Translations under genes and position numbers: made by a program
The notes under the pieces: generated by a model
The model's input: only the letters and a program-made list of their open reading frames with translations
Databases searched by the model: none
Told to the model about the DNA's origin: nothing
Virus record (IMG/VR): IMGVR_UViG_3300034200_001443
Coordinates: 32,001 to 96,000 of that record
Direction: 5' to 3' (one strand)
From: a virus
DNA: 64,000 nucleotides
Shown: positions 31,601-39,854 of the stretch, piece after piece
Numbering within the stretch: position 1 is the stretch's first letter
How the letters are laid out: each line of letters opens with the position of its first letter

Positions 31601-34600
31601 GCTCATCTTTAAGAGCTTTTTTCTGAGCTGGAGTTGTTTCTTCGGAAAGATCTGCTCTATCAATCTTTCTTTGTATTTTGCGACGTCTGTCAACAAGTGC
31701 TTTAAGAACTTCTTTATCTTTAACGGAAAGAGGAGTTGGTTTTTCTTCAGCTACTTTTGGAGTCTCTTCTTCGGTTGAAGTTTCTTCAGGCTTATCTTCA
31801 GATTCTTCGAGAAGTTTGTCTTCACGCTCTTTACGTTTTCTAGCACGAGCATCAGCCAGCTTGCGACTTCTTTCTTTTCGCTCGTTTTGATCAGCAATAA
31901 TGGCATCCATCTCGTCATAATAAAGATTTAACATATCAATCATGTCTTGATCAGAAAGATTTTCTAGTTTTTTCTTATAATCTTTCATAGAAGAGCGAAT
32001 ATATTGAGACTCATTTCTGTAAGCTCCTGCACCCCACTTAAACCACATAAGTTTAGAGATCATATCTTTTCTGGTACCAAAGTTCCCTGAAACTTTATCG
32101 TCACTTTCTAACTTATCTTTTACTTTATTAACTAGATCGTCAACAGTGGGCTTTGGTCCCTCTTCTGTTATTACATCAACAATAGTTTCTTCAACAATAG
32201 TTTCTTCTGGCTTAGGAGTTCTGGAAGGCTTTTCTGTTTCTTCGTCGAGTATAACTTCTGGAGTTTCTACGGTTTCAGAAGTTGTTTCATCTCCTTCAAC
32301 AGGTTCAGTGTCTTCTTTTTCTCTGTCTTTTCCAAATATAGCGTCTTCTAAACGTTTAAGCGCTTTTGCCTCATCTAAGTTTTTCTTAAGAAGATCTTCT
32401 TCTTCCTTTACTCTTTCTTCATCTCCACTAATTTTTGCAAGTGCAATTGCTCTATTTCCATAAACAATAGCGTTTTCATAGTAGCGACCAGGCGTTAAAT
32501 CTTGATTTACTTGTTCACGGAGCTCGTCAGTAAGATCTTCAAATTCTGGCATATTTTCTTTACGAATATCCCCGATGTTTGCGTTAAGCCACTCTGCTGC
32601 TTCTTTTAATTCTGGGCTTCCAAAGTAGTCATTAATTTCTTCTTCGTTGCCCTTGTTAAACCATCCGTCAGCTCCAATTCCAAATATTGGGTACCACTTT
32701 CCTACAGGAACATTTTTCTTTCCTCCGCTACCTGTGCTAATATAAAACGGCATTCGTACTCCGTTAACATTAATTAACACGATAGGGCGACCAGCAAGAT
32801 TAAATACTGGAGTTTCAATCTCTTCTCCGTTTGGCCCAGTGATTTTAATCATTTGAATTCCATCACGCTTTATTAATTTATCTTTTAATTCAGAAGATGG
32901 AGGTACTGGTGTTGATTCTGTTGTAGCAGCAGTCTCATCTACTTCATCCTCTGAATCAAAATCAATAGGGTCTTGTCCAGAACGAGGCTGTAAATCAATA
33001 TTAAAACGATCACGAAGCTCACGGGCAAAAGCCTTAAACTCTTTATCTTCTTGTAGTGCTGTTTGTGCCTTAACGTTAATAGTTCTACCATCACGTTCTA
33101 CGGTGTCAGACCAAGTAAAACCATTTTCAGCTAAGAAGTCTGCAATATCTTTGTCACGGAAAGGAGCTCCTTTACCGCCACGAAGCAGTGTTCGCTTTCC
33201 AGAACGCTTGTATGTAATTATCTTTTTTGGAGGTCCTTCGTCTCCGTCAGTTGGTGGGGGACCTGATGGAGGAGCGCCAGCGGCTTCTTTTTCTTCTTCT
33301 TCAAGAATTTCTTCATCAATTTTACCTTGCTGTGTAGCGTCATACTCACCTGCAGGAGTTCCTTCAGGATACACACGTTCTACATCTTTGTAATTATCAT
33401 TCCAATACTTAAGTGCATCTTCAAAACTAGGAAATTCGTCAGTTGAGTCATTATCTATGTTTGCATCAGTAATGATGTACCAGTGAGGTTTAGTACCTTC
33501 TCTATCTTGATAACCAATAATGTCTCCAGTTTTTTTATCGGAGACCATTTGGTTATCTGTTCCTTCTACAAGACCCCAACCTTCGGGAAGAGTCTCTGGA
33601 ACCGATACTTTTCCTGTATCTGTTTCATCTTCTGAAATATCTTCAGATAAAGGATTCGGGTTACGCTCTCTCCAACCTTCAATAGATTCTAAAGAATCAT
33701 TAATAGATTCTTTAACTGCATCTACAAGTTTTTGATATTTCTCATCGTCAGAAGTTGTAGAATCTACAGCTTCTTTAAACTCTTTTAATGCTGCTTCTGC
33801 ATCATCATATTTGTCTAAATCTTTTCCTTCTAAGAAAGACTTGTAAGACTCTATAAGATCGTTGAGGTCCTTTTCATAGTCAGGATCATCACCAAATAGA
33901 TTTTGAGCTCTTAAAATTGGATTCAGAATATCTAAATCATTCCAACTATCTGTTTTTGTAAAACCTAAAGCTTTTCGTAAATTATCTCTGCGCTTTTGCC
34001 CTTTTTTAGCGGCTTCCTGCTGTCTCTTACGAGCACGACTTTCTGATTCTTTCTTTTCTTTAGCTAAATCTAATGTGCCGTTAGCAATATCTTTAAGAAC
34101 TCTATTTGCATCTTGACCACGCAATGCAATGGCATCACGCCAAGATTCTGCAGAAACTGAAGAAGGGACAAACTCCCCATTTTCATCAAGAGTTAATACA
34201 TCTGAGCTTCCACCATTTTTAATGGAATCGTCAAGACCTTTAATAAGGTCATCATCAGAAAAATTTCTAACTGAAGCTAAACTAACAGCTTCTTCTTTAT
34301 CAGCTTTAGAAGACTCTAAAGGCGTATACATTCCTTCAGGAAAATTAATATTTTCGTTTTTAGGTATAAACGGCATGTAGTCATCGTTATCAATTACTGA
34401 CTGTTTTTCTGCCCTAGAAAGACCCGCTAAAGCTGGTATTCGATTTAAAGCTTCTAACATATCTTCATTGCTTACAGTTTCGTCTTCTTCAGAGATTTCA
34501 GCAACTGGCTTTTCTGGTGTTTCTGATTCTTTTGAAACTACCTCATCAAAAACTTCATCTAACTCTTTAGGCTCTGCTGCTTTTTCTTTTCTTTCCTTTG

Positions 34601-36269
34601 AACGAGATTCAGTTAAAGCTTTTTCGTTTTCAGAGTTATTGTTGATCGTGTCATAAGCTTTTGCAAGAGCCATCTCTGTATCTCCACCTTGCTCGGAGAT
34701 TGCACTTAGGATTGCCTCAGCTGGTACTTCAAACTCTTCCCCATTTTCATCTTCAAGACGACCTAAACCAGTTGCAGGTGTTTTTGAATTTACAGGCTCT
34801 AAAGCATCAACAAGACCGTTTTGCAGTTCATCTTCACTTTGCATTGCAGCAAGCATTGCTGGATCGTCTTCAGATCCTTCTGGAATATAGTTGTAGTTTG
34901 GATCTAATTCTAAAGAGCGCTCTGGTACGTTGTATTTAAATTGGTCTGAAGGAAGTTTTGCTTTTTCTTCTGTTTTCTTAGCTGCTTTTTTCTTTCCACC
35001 TTTAAGATCTTTAGCTAAAGCAACTGATTCCTCTTCTTCGCCCTGCTCAAATTTTTCTTCATCGTCTATTTTTTCTTTACGAGAAATTTCAGCTAAAGCA
35101 TCTTTCCAATTTTGTGCAAAAGCAAACTGAGTGTTTTCTCCACGCTTATTAACAGCAAAAAGTTTACGATCTGGATCCCAAAGCTTTCCATCCTCTCCAA
35201 GCTTTACTTGACGAGGATCTTCTAAATCTAATTCTCTACTACGTTTAATTGCTGCATCAATAAGGTCACGAGTTTGTGGGCTTGGCCCATCAAAAACTGT
35301 TACATCAAATGATTCATCTGTATATTTATTTCCTGGACCTTTATAATCTTTATCTGAACGAAAACCCGATGGTGCTTCCATAAAAGCTAGGCTGTCTTCA
35401 GGAACTACTGGTGCATTATCATCAATATCTAAATCTGATGCTCTTACATAACCATTTTTACGAGCTTCATCGCTTGAGTCATCTAGGAAAGCTTCTGGCT
35501 GCTCACCTTGTGAAATTGGGACTGCTGCAATACGACCATCTGGAAGTTCCATATCAAGAAGATCTGGACTAAAGATGTTTTGACCTAAGATGCGACCTGT
35601 AGCACTTGCCTTACCGCCATCACGAAGACCAAGAATAAGTTTAAATGTTCCAAACATCTCTGCGAATCGACCCTTACGGTCACGGCGCTGTAGCTTTGCA
35701 CGAGCAGAACGGGCGGCTCGAGAGTTTCCATCTCCGTATGCTGCAACTAAAGCTTGAAGAGGAACTGTTCCTTGTGGAAGAAGTTCTATGCGCTTCATTG
35801 CATATATGTGCTCTGGTGAATCTGGGTGAGACATCATTGCTGAAGCTAGTAGAGTCTTTACAGAGTCATCTTTAAGCTTTGGATCGTCTATTACCCAATT
35901 AATCTGAGCCTGACGTACTGCTGCTGCAGTCATTGAATGAGCTCTTGTTGATCTTGGGTGTGATATTGGAAGTAAATCTGTATTAAAAGCAGTAAGTCCT
36001 ACTACTTTATTATTTTTAGCTAATGCTATGTATGTAGATAGCTCAGAAAAAGCTTGATACTTACGAATGGAAAAAGGAAGTCCTTTGCTTTTAGCAAGAG
36101 ATCTAGCAATTACTTTATAAGCAGATCTTTTACTTACACGACGTGATGTGGAAGAGAACTCGTTTGCTTTTTCTAAAATTTCTAAGGCTTCAGATCTAAT
36201 AATACGAGCTTGTTCTCTAGTAGAAAATACTCTTTCTGAAGTATGAAGTATTGGAGATTTATTATCCAT
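25686..36269 (-). CDS. Giant 3527-aa multidomain protein: DEDDh exonuclease + UvrD-like SF1 helicase + ArdC/zincin
   Basis: YFDFET, VAHNAEFD, HNAVTD (DEDDh); ALAGTGKT, FDEAQD, VGDGNQAIYAFRGA, HKSKGLQW, YVALTRA (SF1); VPWQKPW..IRRGEKG..VFNVEQ, HELAHSTGH..EELIAE (ArdC). Confidence 0.9.
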   Translation of the reverse strand: MDNKSPILHTSERVFSTREQARIIRSEALEILEKANEFSSTSRRVSKRSAYKVIARSLAKSKGLPFSIRKYQAFSELSTYIALAKNNKVVGLTAFNTDLLPISHPRSTRAHSMTAAAVRQAQINWVIDDPKLKDDSVKTLLASAMMSHPDSPEHIYAMKRIELLPQGTVPLQALVAAYGDGNSRAARSARAKLQRRDRKGRFAEMFGTFKLILGLRDGGKASATGRILGQNIFSPDLLDMELPDGRIAAVPISQGEQPEAFLDDSSDEARKNGYVRASDLDIDDNAPVVPEDSLAFMEAPSGFRSDKDYKGPGNKYTDESFDVTVFDGPSPQTRDLIDAAIKRSRELDLEDPRQVKLGEDGKLWDPDRKLFAVNKRGENTQFAFAQNWKDALAEISRKEKIDDEEKFEQGEEEESVALAKDLKGGKKKAAKKTEEKAKLPSDQFKYNVPERSLELDPNYNYIPEGSEDDPAMLAAMQSEDELQNGLVDALEPVNSKTPATGLGRLEDENGEEFEVPAEAILSAISEQGGDTEMALAKAYDTINNNSENEKALTESRSKERKEKAAEPKELDEVFDEVVSKESETPEKPVAEISEEDETVSNEDMLEALNRIPALAGLSRAEKQSVIDNDDYMPFIPKNENINFPEGMYTPLESSKADKEEAVSLASVRNFSDDDLIKGLDDSIKNGGSSDVLTLDENGEFVPSSVSAESWRDAIALRGQDANRVLKDIANGTLDLAKEKKESESRARKRQQEAAKKGQKRRDNLRKALGFTKTDSWNDLDILNPILRAQNLFGDDPDYEKDLNDLIESYKSFLEGKDLDKYDDAEAALKEFKEAVDSTTSDDEKYQKLVDAVKESINDSLESIEGWRERNPNPLSEDISEDETDTGKVSVPETLPEGWGLVEGTDNQMVSDKKTGDIIGYQDREGTKPHWYIITDANIDNDSTDEFPSFEDALKYWNDNYKDVERVYPEGTPAGEYDATQQGKIDEEILEEEEKEAAGAPPSGPPPTDGDEGPPKKIITYKRSGKRTLLRGGKGAPFRDKDIADFLAENGFTWSDTVERDGRTINVKAQTALQEDKEFKAFARELRDRFNIDLQPRSGQDPIDFDSEDEVDETAATTESTPVPPSSELKDKLIKRDGIQMIKITGPNGEEIETPVFNLAGRPIVLINVNGVRMPFYISTGSGGKKNVPVGKWYPIFGIGADGWFNKGNEEEINDYFGSPELKEAAEWLNANIGDIRKENMPEFEDLTDELREQVNQDLTPGRYYENAIVYGNRAIALAKISGDEERVKEEEDLLKKNLDEAKALKRLEDAIFGKDREKEDTEPVEGDETTSETVETPEVILDEETEKPSRTPKPEETIVEETIVDVITEEGPKPTVDDLVNKVKDKLESDDKVSGNFGTRKDMISKLMWFKWGAGAYRNESQYIRSSMKDYKKKLENLSDQDMIDMLNLYYDEMDAIIADQNERKERSRKLADARARKRKEREDKLLEESEDKPEETSTEEETPKVAEEKPTPLSVKDKEVLKALVDRRRKIQRKIDRADLSEETTPAQKKALKDELDEVTRIIDEIVLGERPAESVEVPTEETSTTEEVTPEASKPIKTSVRGADLQPGDVTVNDFFTITNVEGGYKKTVKGVEVPASIVSGYYPGSVEQSSKLWADDTLFDVYRGATPPEKGDLPELRQPKREDFRGDSPGYNEARAKYDEELDRRKSTWTPPTDVESVSTAQAPRASIVSVKARDLKPGDITFSVNEKTKELERFFVVTEVLEETREYVRPDNGEVEIKAIVRGYYPGHTIQENDWNEGAIISAIRGESEANMPKSGDKPEIERIPNGTLKGKEYFEKRAEIEEARREAGKDYKPSVSPALSKPDRPNRPAFFGSAEKLTKLKDGAAIWEALKDERVVYFDFETVGTGRFDYDDPDAPIQLAASLYEKGKKVGEIDLFMNPGQPLDDYYYTKERYVGKTRIVEPYLDENGNRALNPEKVIDNKGVKVDDEWLSTQPSIEDQLRKFAEFIGKDAILVAHNAEFDTNTFEKWAKKFGIEYSFGGVIDTIEIDAANKGVARGSSLVTVAKKAGVDAKDKQWHNAVTDSEVLPIVLEDLLKKMKPENREFEPELRKAEYESKLEQYEKDLADFKAQGDQPEAVSPSTFGSDGPTDKVTDYAHVSIFGDIINEAWALDDENTYAVNGGGSVVVDELQIGDILEGTSGLVEVVDIQIDPENSDKLIIYRKRLRDGKPFSERVEPSSTPGVGWARGKVLRGVVRRRSSIGKIKPEDIKDILPKPIPSDPTPKISEKQKPVKGQEVTDPQAASVVADAIETITSGAKSGKKVKEAIKDLNIDETIKDQVIAREGSSKFHIDANNVAIKAGDRVRNVKNGRTGTVSVFWEEYGKNKYKNYLKVRYDDTKRRENVSASSLEVFNLDDGDNILSSGVEDMGMGMSIPEGPTTRGLVSSIVDAKDLKPGDKLDPSGKTTIHKMMIRDDKVYTGKKTRGSRGGGGDVYLLTDKVKVWRKPEDTPETPMGMALPDMGAEVYDMAPLSEEGSAVPNALPEDNYEYAGEKFPPTAEQRNVVTAIMTGDNVVVRALAGTGKTSTLTLAARRLLEEQPKKKIVYIAFNKTVQMEAEGKMPKNVESRTGDSIAFQGVSNDIRQKFLNQKGKTANMKLRAEDIADELGIKPTGVKLKGVEVSLSSREIPAIIKQAVNNFSISADDELGAKHFTEELDEVPRSFVEYANAYWDDLNSPAGVFGINNAHITKIWALSNPDLGSIGSGMKTPADVIFFDEAQDINPVIAKVIADQTIQKVYVGDGNQAIYAFRGAEDQLDRTTAKWDLPLTQSFRFGPEIAGMANRFLTQLDSKYRVEGSGSKGEVVDGMEDPDVVITRTNSGGFRAMIELLDAGKVVGITKGTKDELESLVLSASWLIGDQTKFKKPTMHPDLAEFKNWSEVKEAVEKGEGRKVKALYDLVVQNGIGSIKDILSRVKVATPESEKKDLKPSSDFKKITLDQAEDGAKGSIGEGINYEVKDKAIRLSGNGTFKGKDKIKDQNFRWDATGKQWFKEVEDDLDRQKAINDLRRGVGGFAPDAGEEEDEIDVIVTTAHKSKGLQWNNVRIFDDFWGPRTNKKTGELEMPVDEELRLAYVALTRAQKKLDPGPLNWIKEYTEDEDESPKKPTAVETAMGMALPTEKVTEDEFNESTVKTAEKIDPAVEKVANAIIEAIERGTVPWQKPWTGGGFLPTSVATGKTYEGSNILVLWAAMEKNGWTDNRFLTYNKAEKLGGNIRRGEKGTQVIHWPQIFKEVEKPDGTKEKVRVYRPPTIRTVFNVEQAENIDLPAIVKGEPIPVTEGETAILEAYKDKPEILFVAQDQAFYSPIDDIIKLPQREQFKSEQSFFETLVHELAHSTGHRSRLDRTELLDNYGKHLESRGEEELIAEITVALVAGRLGVKIDFENVAAYAKSWLPAVKNNPQMIVKAAKQAQRAVDHMLGKQEEPEGPVDEDGNPIGSGVGSEGKTGEEIAAEKKAEPENKDERTV

Positions 36270-36272
36270 TTA

Positions 36273-37418
36273 CTACTTCTCTACATTTGGTAGTAAGTCT
36301 GCATCTAAACTTTCTTTTCCTAAAGAAGCTAAGATAGATGCTCTTTTAAATGGATCTTCTCCATTACGAACTGCACGAAGCCAAGATGCACGAATTGCGT
36401 GCTCTGCTTCATATCCATAGCCAGAATATTCAGCCATAGCAAGAATTGCTTGCTCTGGTGACTCGTAGTCTTCTTCTTTACCTAAGAAAGACTCTAGCTC
36501 TTCCTGATAACTCCACTGTTCTGAAAGCTCTGCTAGTTCTTGTTCTGATTGGATTTCGTTTCCAAGTTTTTCCCCTTCGAGAACTCCAACATCAACGACG
36601 CCATCTGGAATAACCGCGAAACGACACTTACCTTCGTCTTCGACTTCAAGTTCGATGATTCGGCATTGGCTATTACCCATGTATAAAACACAGTTAGAGC
36701 ATTTGACTCCGATACCTCTGACGTCATTTTCTTCTGGTGGTGTATATCCTGCCCAGATTCCTGTGGCATCTTCATTAAATTTTCCATATTTGTCTGCAAT
36801 CTCGATTAGCGCTTCTGCTAAATCGCTCTCTTCAGGAACCAAACCTGCTGAAGCTGCAATGGAGTTTGATTTCTTTGTTGAACGTGGGTGACCAGAAGGC
36901 AGTAAATCATTATCTGTTGTGTATGCAGAGTTTGATGGCTTTCCAGACTTCAACAATTTTAAAAACGCATTTACGCGACCCATTGCCCATTGGTTGCGAG
37001 TCATTCCTGGTCGATGCGAAACGCTGTAAGCACCTGCACCTCTGCGATAAACAGCTTTTAACATTCCAACTGTTGCACGACGACCTTTTTTAGCTTTTTC
37101 GTTATGAGTTTCAACTTTATTCTTCAAAGACTTTTCTACAGCTGCTGAAAATTTAACTTTACGAGTTCCTGATGCAGATCCTTTTTTATTTTTGCTAGAA
37201 CCTTTAATTTGATCTTTTTTAGGGGCAGGTGTTTGAGAAATTGTTCTTTTTTTCTTTGCTGCAAACTCTGAATCATCTGAAGCATCAACAGGAACACAGT
37301 TAGGAACCATTTTTCCGTCTTTGCCCTTTTTCATTCCAACTTGCTTATAGCCGTCCCAGCAAGGGTCTCCTGCAGATACAAGTGAGGTAGTTACAATGTC
37401 GATTGATTCGTCAGACAT
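36273..37418 (-). CDS. Modular head-associated protein (three small modules incl. HiPIP-like Cys cluster)
   Basis: PCWDGYKQVGMK..VPNCVP; KAVYRRGAGAY..QWAMGRVNAF; KCSNC..C..C; directly after the portal. Confidence 0.75.
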   Translation of the reverse strand: MSDESIDIVTTSLVSAGDPCWDGYKQVGMKKGKDGKMVPNCVPVDASDDSEFAAKKKRTISQTPAPKKDQIKGSSKNKKGSASGTRKVKFSAAVEKSLKNKVETHNEKAKKGRRATVGMLKAVYRRGAGAYSVSHRPGMTRNQWAMGRVNAFLKLLKSGKPSNSAYTTDNDLLPSGHPRSTKKSNSIAASAGLVPEESDLAEALIEIADKYGKFNEDATGIWAGYTPPEENDVRGIGVKCSNCVLYMGNSQCRIIELEVEDEGKCRFAVIPDGVVDVGVLEGEKLGNEIQSEQELAELSEQWSYQEELESFLGKEEDYESPEQAILAMAEYSGYGYEAEHAIRASWLRAVRNGEDPFKRASILASLGKESLDADLLPNVEK

Positions 37419-39154
37419 TACTGCTCTTGCCCTTCTGTGGGGGCCTCTGCATCAATTCCTGCTGCTTCTGCACCTTGGGTTGCCGCATCTAAAGCTGACT
37501 GTAGCTCTGGCGGAATTGGAGCGACTGAAGACTGTTGCTGTTGTTCTCTAACAGTGTTAATAACCTCTGGTGCAATTGCTGAAAGCATTGCTTCGGTAAA
37601 TTCTGGAGTAAGTACACCACGCTCTTGTAGAAGTCTAATTGAAAGTTCTTTTGGAGTTGGTGCATCTGCATCTGAGAAGCCATGAGCACGGCGCCATGTG
37701 TTTGCAGAGACTGCCATGCGATCAAAACCTGAGTCAGCATCTGATGCACGGTCATTGCGAGTTGCAATTGCTGATGGGTCATACCAAACAACAATTCGAT
37801 TTACCTGTGACTCTTCATAACCATTTGCAATAAGGTATGGGCGAAGATAAACAACTGTTAAAGCATCTGCAATGAGCAACATAAGTGGCTCGATGTGCGC
37901 CTTGTATAGTGACTCATCAATTTGCATTGCGTTTGAGTACTTAACATTTGCTAAACCTGTTACAACATCTTTTGGAACATCTAGTCCCTGCAAGATGCGC
38001 TCTAGAACACGATCAGAACGCTCAGCTAATGCTGGGTCAAATGAACGCTCAAACTTAAACTGCTTAATCTTGTCGCCAAGCTCTGCAGGACCACGAATGA
38101 TAAGAGGGACAACTGCTGATGCTGACTCTTCGTCACGAATCGGAGTCGTCATCGCATCCATTAATTGTTCTTCGAATTCATCCTCTGCTTCTTCAGCAGT
38201 AAAGTTTGGACCAATGCCGTCTTCGGAGTCGTAAGGGAAATCACCATCGCCTTGTGAAGCAACAGAAAGTCCGTCTGGCAAGTAAAGAGCACCTGCATTT
38301 AGACGAGAACGTGCAGTTGCACGAAATGTTCTGTTGAGGAGAAGAAGTTCAGCGCACAGATCTAGCAAACCACGAAGTGATGAGTCTGCTTCATCTGAGA
38401 AGCGAGGGTGTGAACGCCAAATGCGTCCTACAAATGCATCTTTACCTAACTTAGAAGTTTTATCTATGCCACCTTGTGTAGTAGTTGACTGTTCACGTCT
38501 TCCAATGACATTAAAACCGCCACGAGGGTCAGTTGTTACTTCATCAACAGAACGAATGTCCCAAGACTCTGGCAATCTTTGAGATGGCTTGCTTGGCATT
38601 TGAACTAGATAACATTCACCTGCTACTGAAAGGTTCAGTGCGGCATCTCTAAGCAATCCTGCTTGTCCACCGTATGCAGAATTTAATCGTGCAAGTGCAC
38701 GCTCTGCTGCAGCCGCTATACGATCATCTACTAATTCTGATTGACGAACAGAAATTGGAGTCTCTGATGGATCATCAATTACTGCAGCATATATACGAAT
38801 ACGAGAGACAACGGAGGCAACTAAATTAAAAGCGTATTTAATTTCACCAATTGCGTCATAATATTCCCATGCTTCTGACTGCCACGCACTTGATCCAGCA
38901 GATCGACGAATTCTAAATTGCTCAAACTCACCCTTGTCATTGACTTTAATTTGAGCTGCTGCAGCTGTAAGAGTTCTAGGAGTTGAGTAACTTGCAGACT
39001 GTGCTGTATTAGTAAATACAGATGAAATTGTTGAAGGCTTTGGAGCCTGAATTATTTGTGTAGAACGAGAAAATGTTGACTTAGTTCTTTTGCGCTTTGG
39101 CTGGGACGGTGGAGGAGTAGGTTGATCTGGTGTGTCGTTAGTAAATAGACCCAC
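37418..39154 (-). CDS. Portal protein
   Basis: WQSEAWEYYDAIGE, NLSVAGECYL, RIWRSHPR..ADS, SAVVPLII, GLDVP match cluster-B-type portals; GTG start. Confidence 0.88.
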   Translation of the reverse strand: MGLFTNDTPDQPTPPPSQPKRKRTKSTFSRSTQIIQAPKPSTISSVFTNTAQSASYSTPRTLTAAAAQIKVNDKGEFEQFRIRRSAGSSAWQSEAWEYYDAIGEIKYAFNLVASVVSRIRIYAAVIDDPSETPISVRQSELVDDRIAAAAERALARLNSAYGGQAGLLRDAALNLSVAGECYLVQMPSKPSQRLPESWDIRSVDEVTTDPRGGFNVIGRREQSTTTQGGIDKTSKLGKDAFVGRIWRSHPRFSDEADSSLRGLLDLCAELLLLNRTFRATARSRLNAGALYLPDGLSVASQGDGDFPYDSEDGIGPNFTAEEAEDEFEEQLMDAMTTPIRDEESASAVVPLIIRGPAELGDKIKQFKFERSFDPALAERSDRVLERILQGLDVPKDVVTGLANVKYSNAMQIDESLYKAHIEPLMLLIADALTVVYLRPYLIANGYEESQVNRIVVWYDPSAIATRNDRASDADSGFDRMAVSANTWRRAHGFSDADAPTPKELSIRLLQERGVLTPEFTEAMLSAIAPEVINTVREQQQQSSVAPIPPELQSALDAATQGAEAAGIDAEAPTEGQEQ

Positions 39155-39192
39155 GGTTACTCCTTGTCATCCTAGTTACGGAATATGAAGTC

Positions 39193-39489
39193 TTACTTAT
39201 CTTCATATGCAGTCAACAGTCCCGCAATAGCAGATACAGCAAAAACTGTAGCAACTATATAAGTTACTGATGGAATAATGATAGCCGAAATTACGAACCC
39301 TGATCCTATCCAAACGCTAAAACACCACTCACAAGTAGATAAATAACCTAGTCGAGAAGACTCTGGCGGAAACTTACCCCAAAAAGCATTACGAAGGGAG
39401 GCTGTAATGGTATCCCTTGTTATCAAGCGAGTCACACGATAAGTGCCTAGCCCAAGAAGTAGAAACTGAAGAAGGGTCATATCTGTCAT
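39193..39489 (-). CDS. DUF1360-like membrane protein
   Basis: YRVTRLITRDTI..CEWCFSVW with hydrophobic helices. Confidence 0.75.
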   Translation of the reverse strand: MTDMTLLQFLLLGLGTYRVTRLITRDTITASLRNAFWGKFPPESSRLGYLSTCEWCFSVWIGSGFVISAIIIPSVTYIVATVFAVSAIAGLLTAYEDK

Positions 39490-39854
39490 TCCATTGGATC
39501 CTCACTTGAGTAGACCGAACTATTCTGTCCGTAGGGGTTCCAAGCTCTTAATCTTGATCCGCAGCCGCAGCTGGCATCTTTGATAAAAGCTATGACCTTT
39601 CCAGATTCTGTTAAAACTGCTTGAAGCTTCCCGTCGACATGTCTATGGGTGTATTTCTCTCTAAAGACAAGTGTAGGACCTTGTGGAGAGTCTTGCGCTA
39701 TCAAAATGCTATCGCCAAAAACAACTACTCGAACTCTATCAACTTTGCGGGTTCCTTCAGGTGATTTTCCAGGTATTGAAAGTTCATCTAACCCAATTGA
39801 ATTGGGTGGAGCTATCCAGACTAGGGCTGGAAAAACATCCGAAACTGCTCTCAA
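39486..39854 (-). CDS. Hypothetical protein (CGCGSRLR motif)
   Basis: Coupled ORF in the late operon. Confidence 0.7.
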   Translation of the reverse strand: MRAVSDVFPALVWIAPPNSIGLDELSIPGKSPEGTRKVDRVRVVVFGDSILIAQDSPQGPTLVFREKYTHRHVDGKLQAVLTESGKVIAFIKDASCGCGSRLRAWNPYGQNSSVYSSEDPME

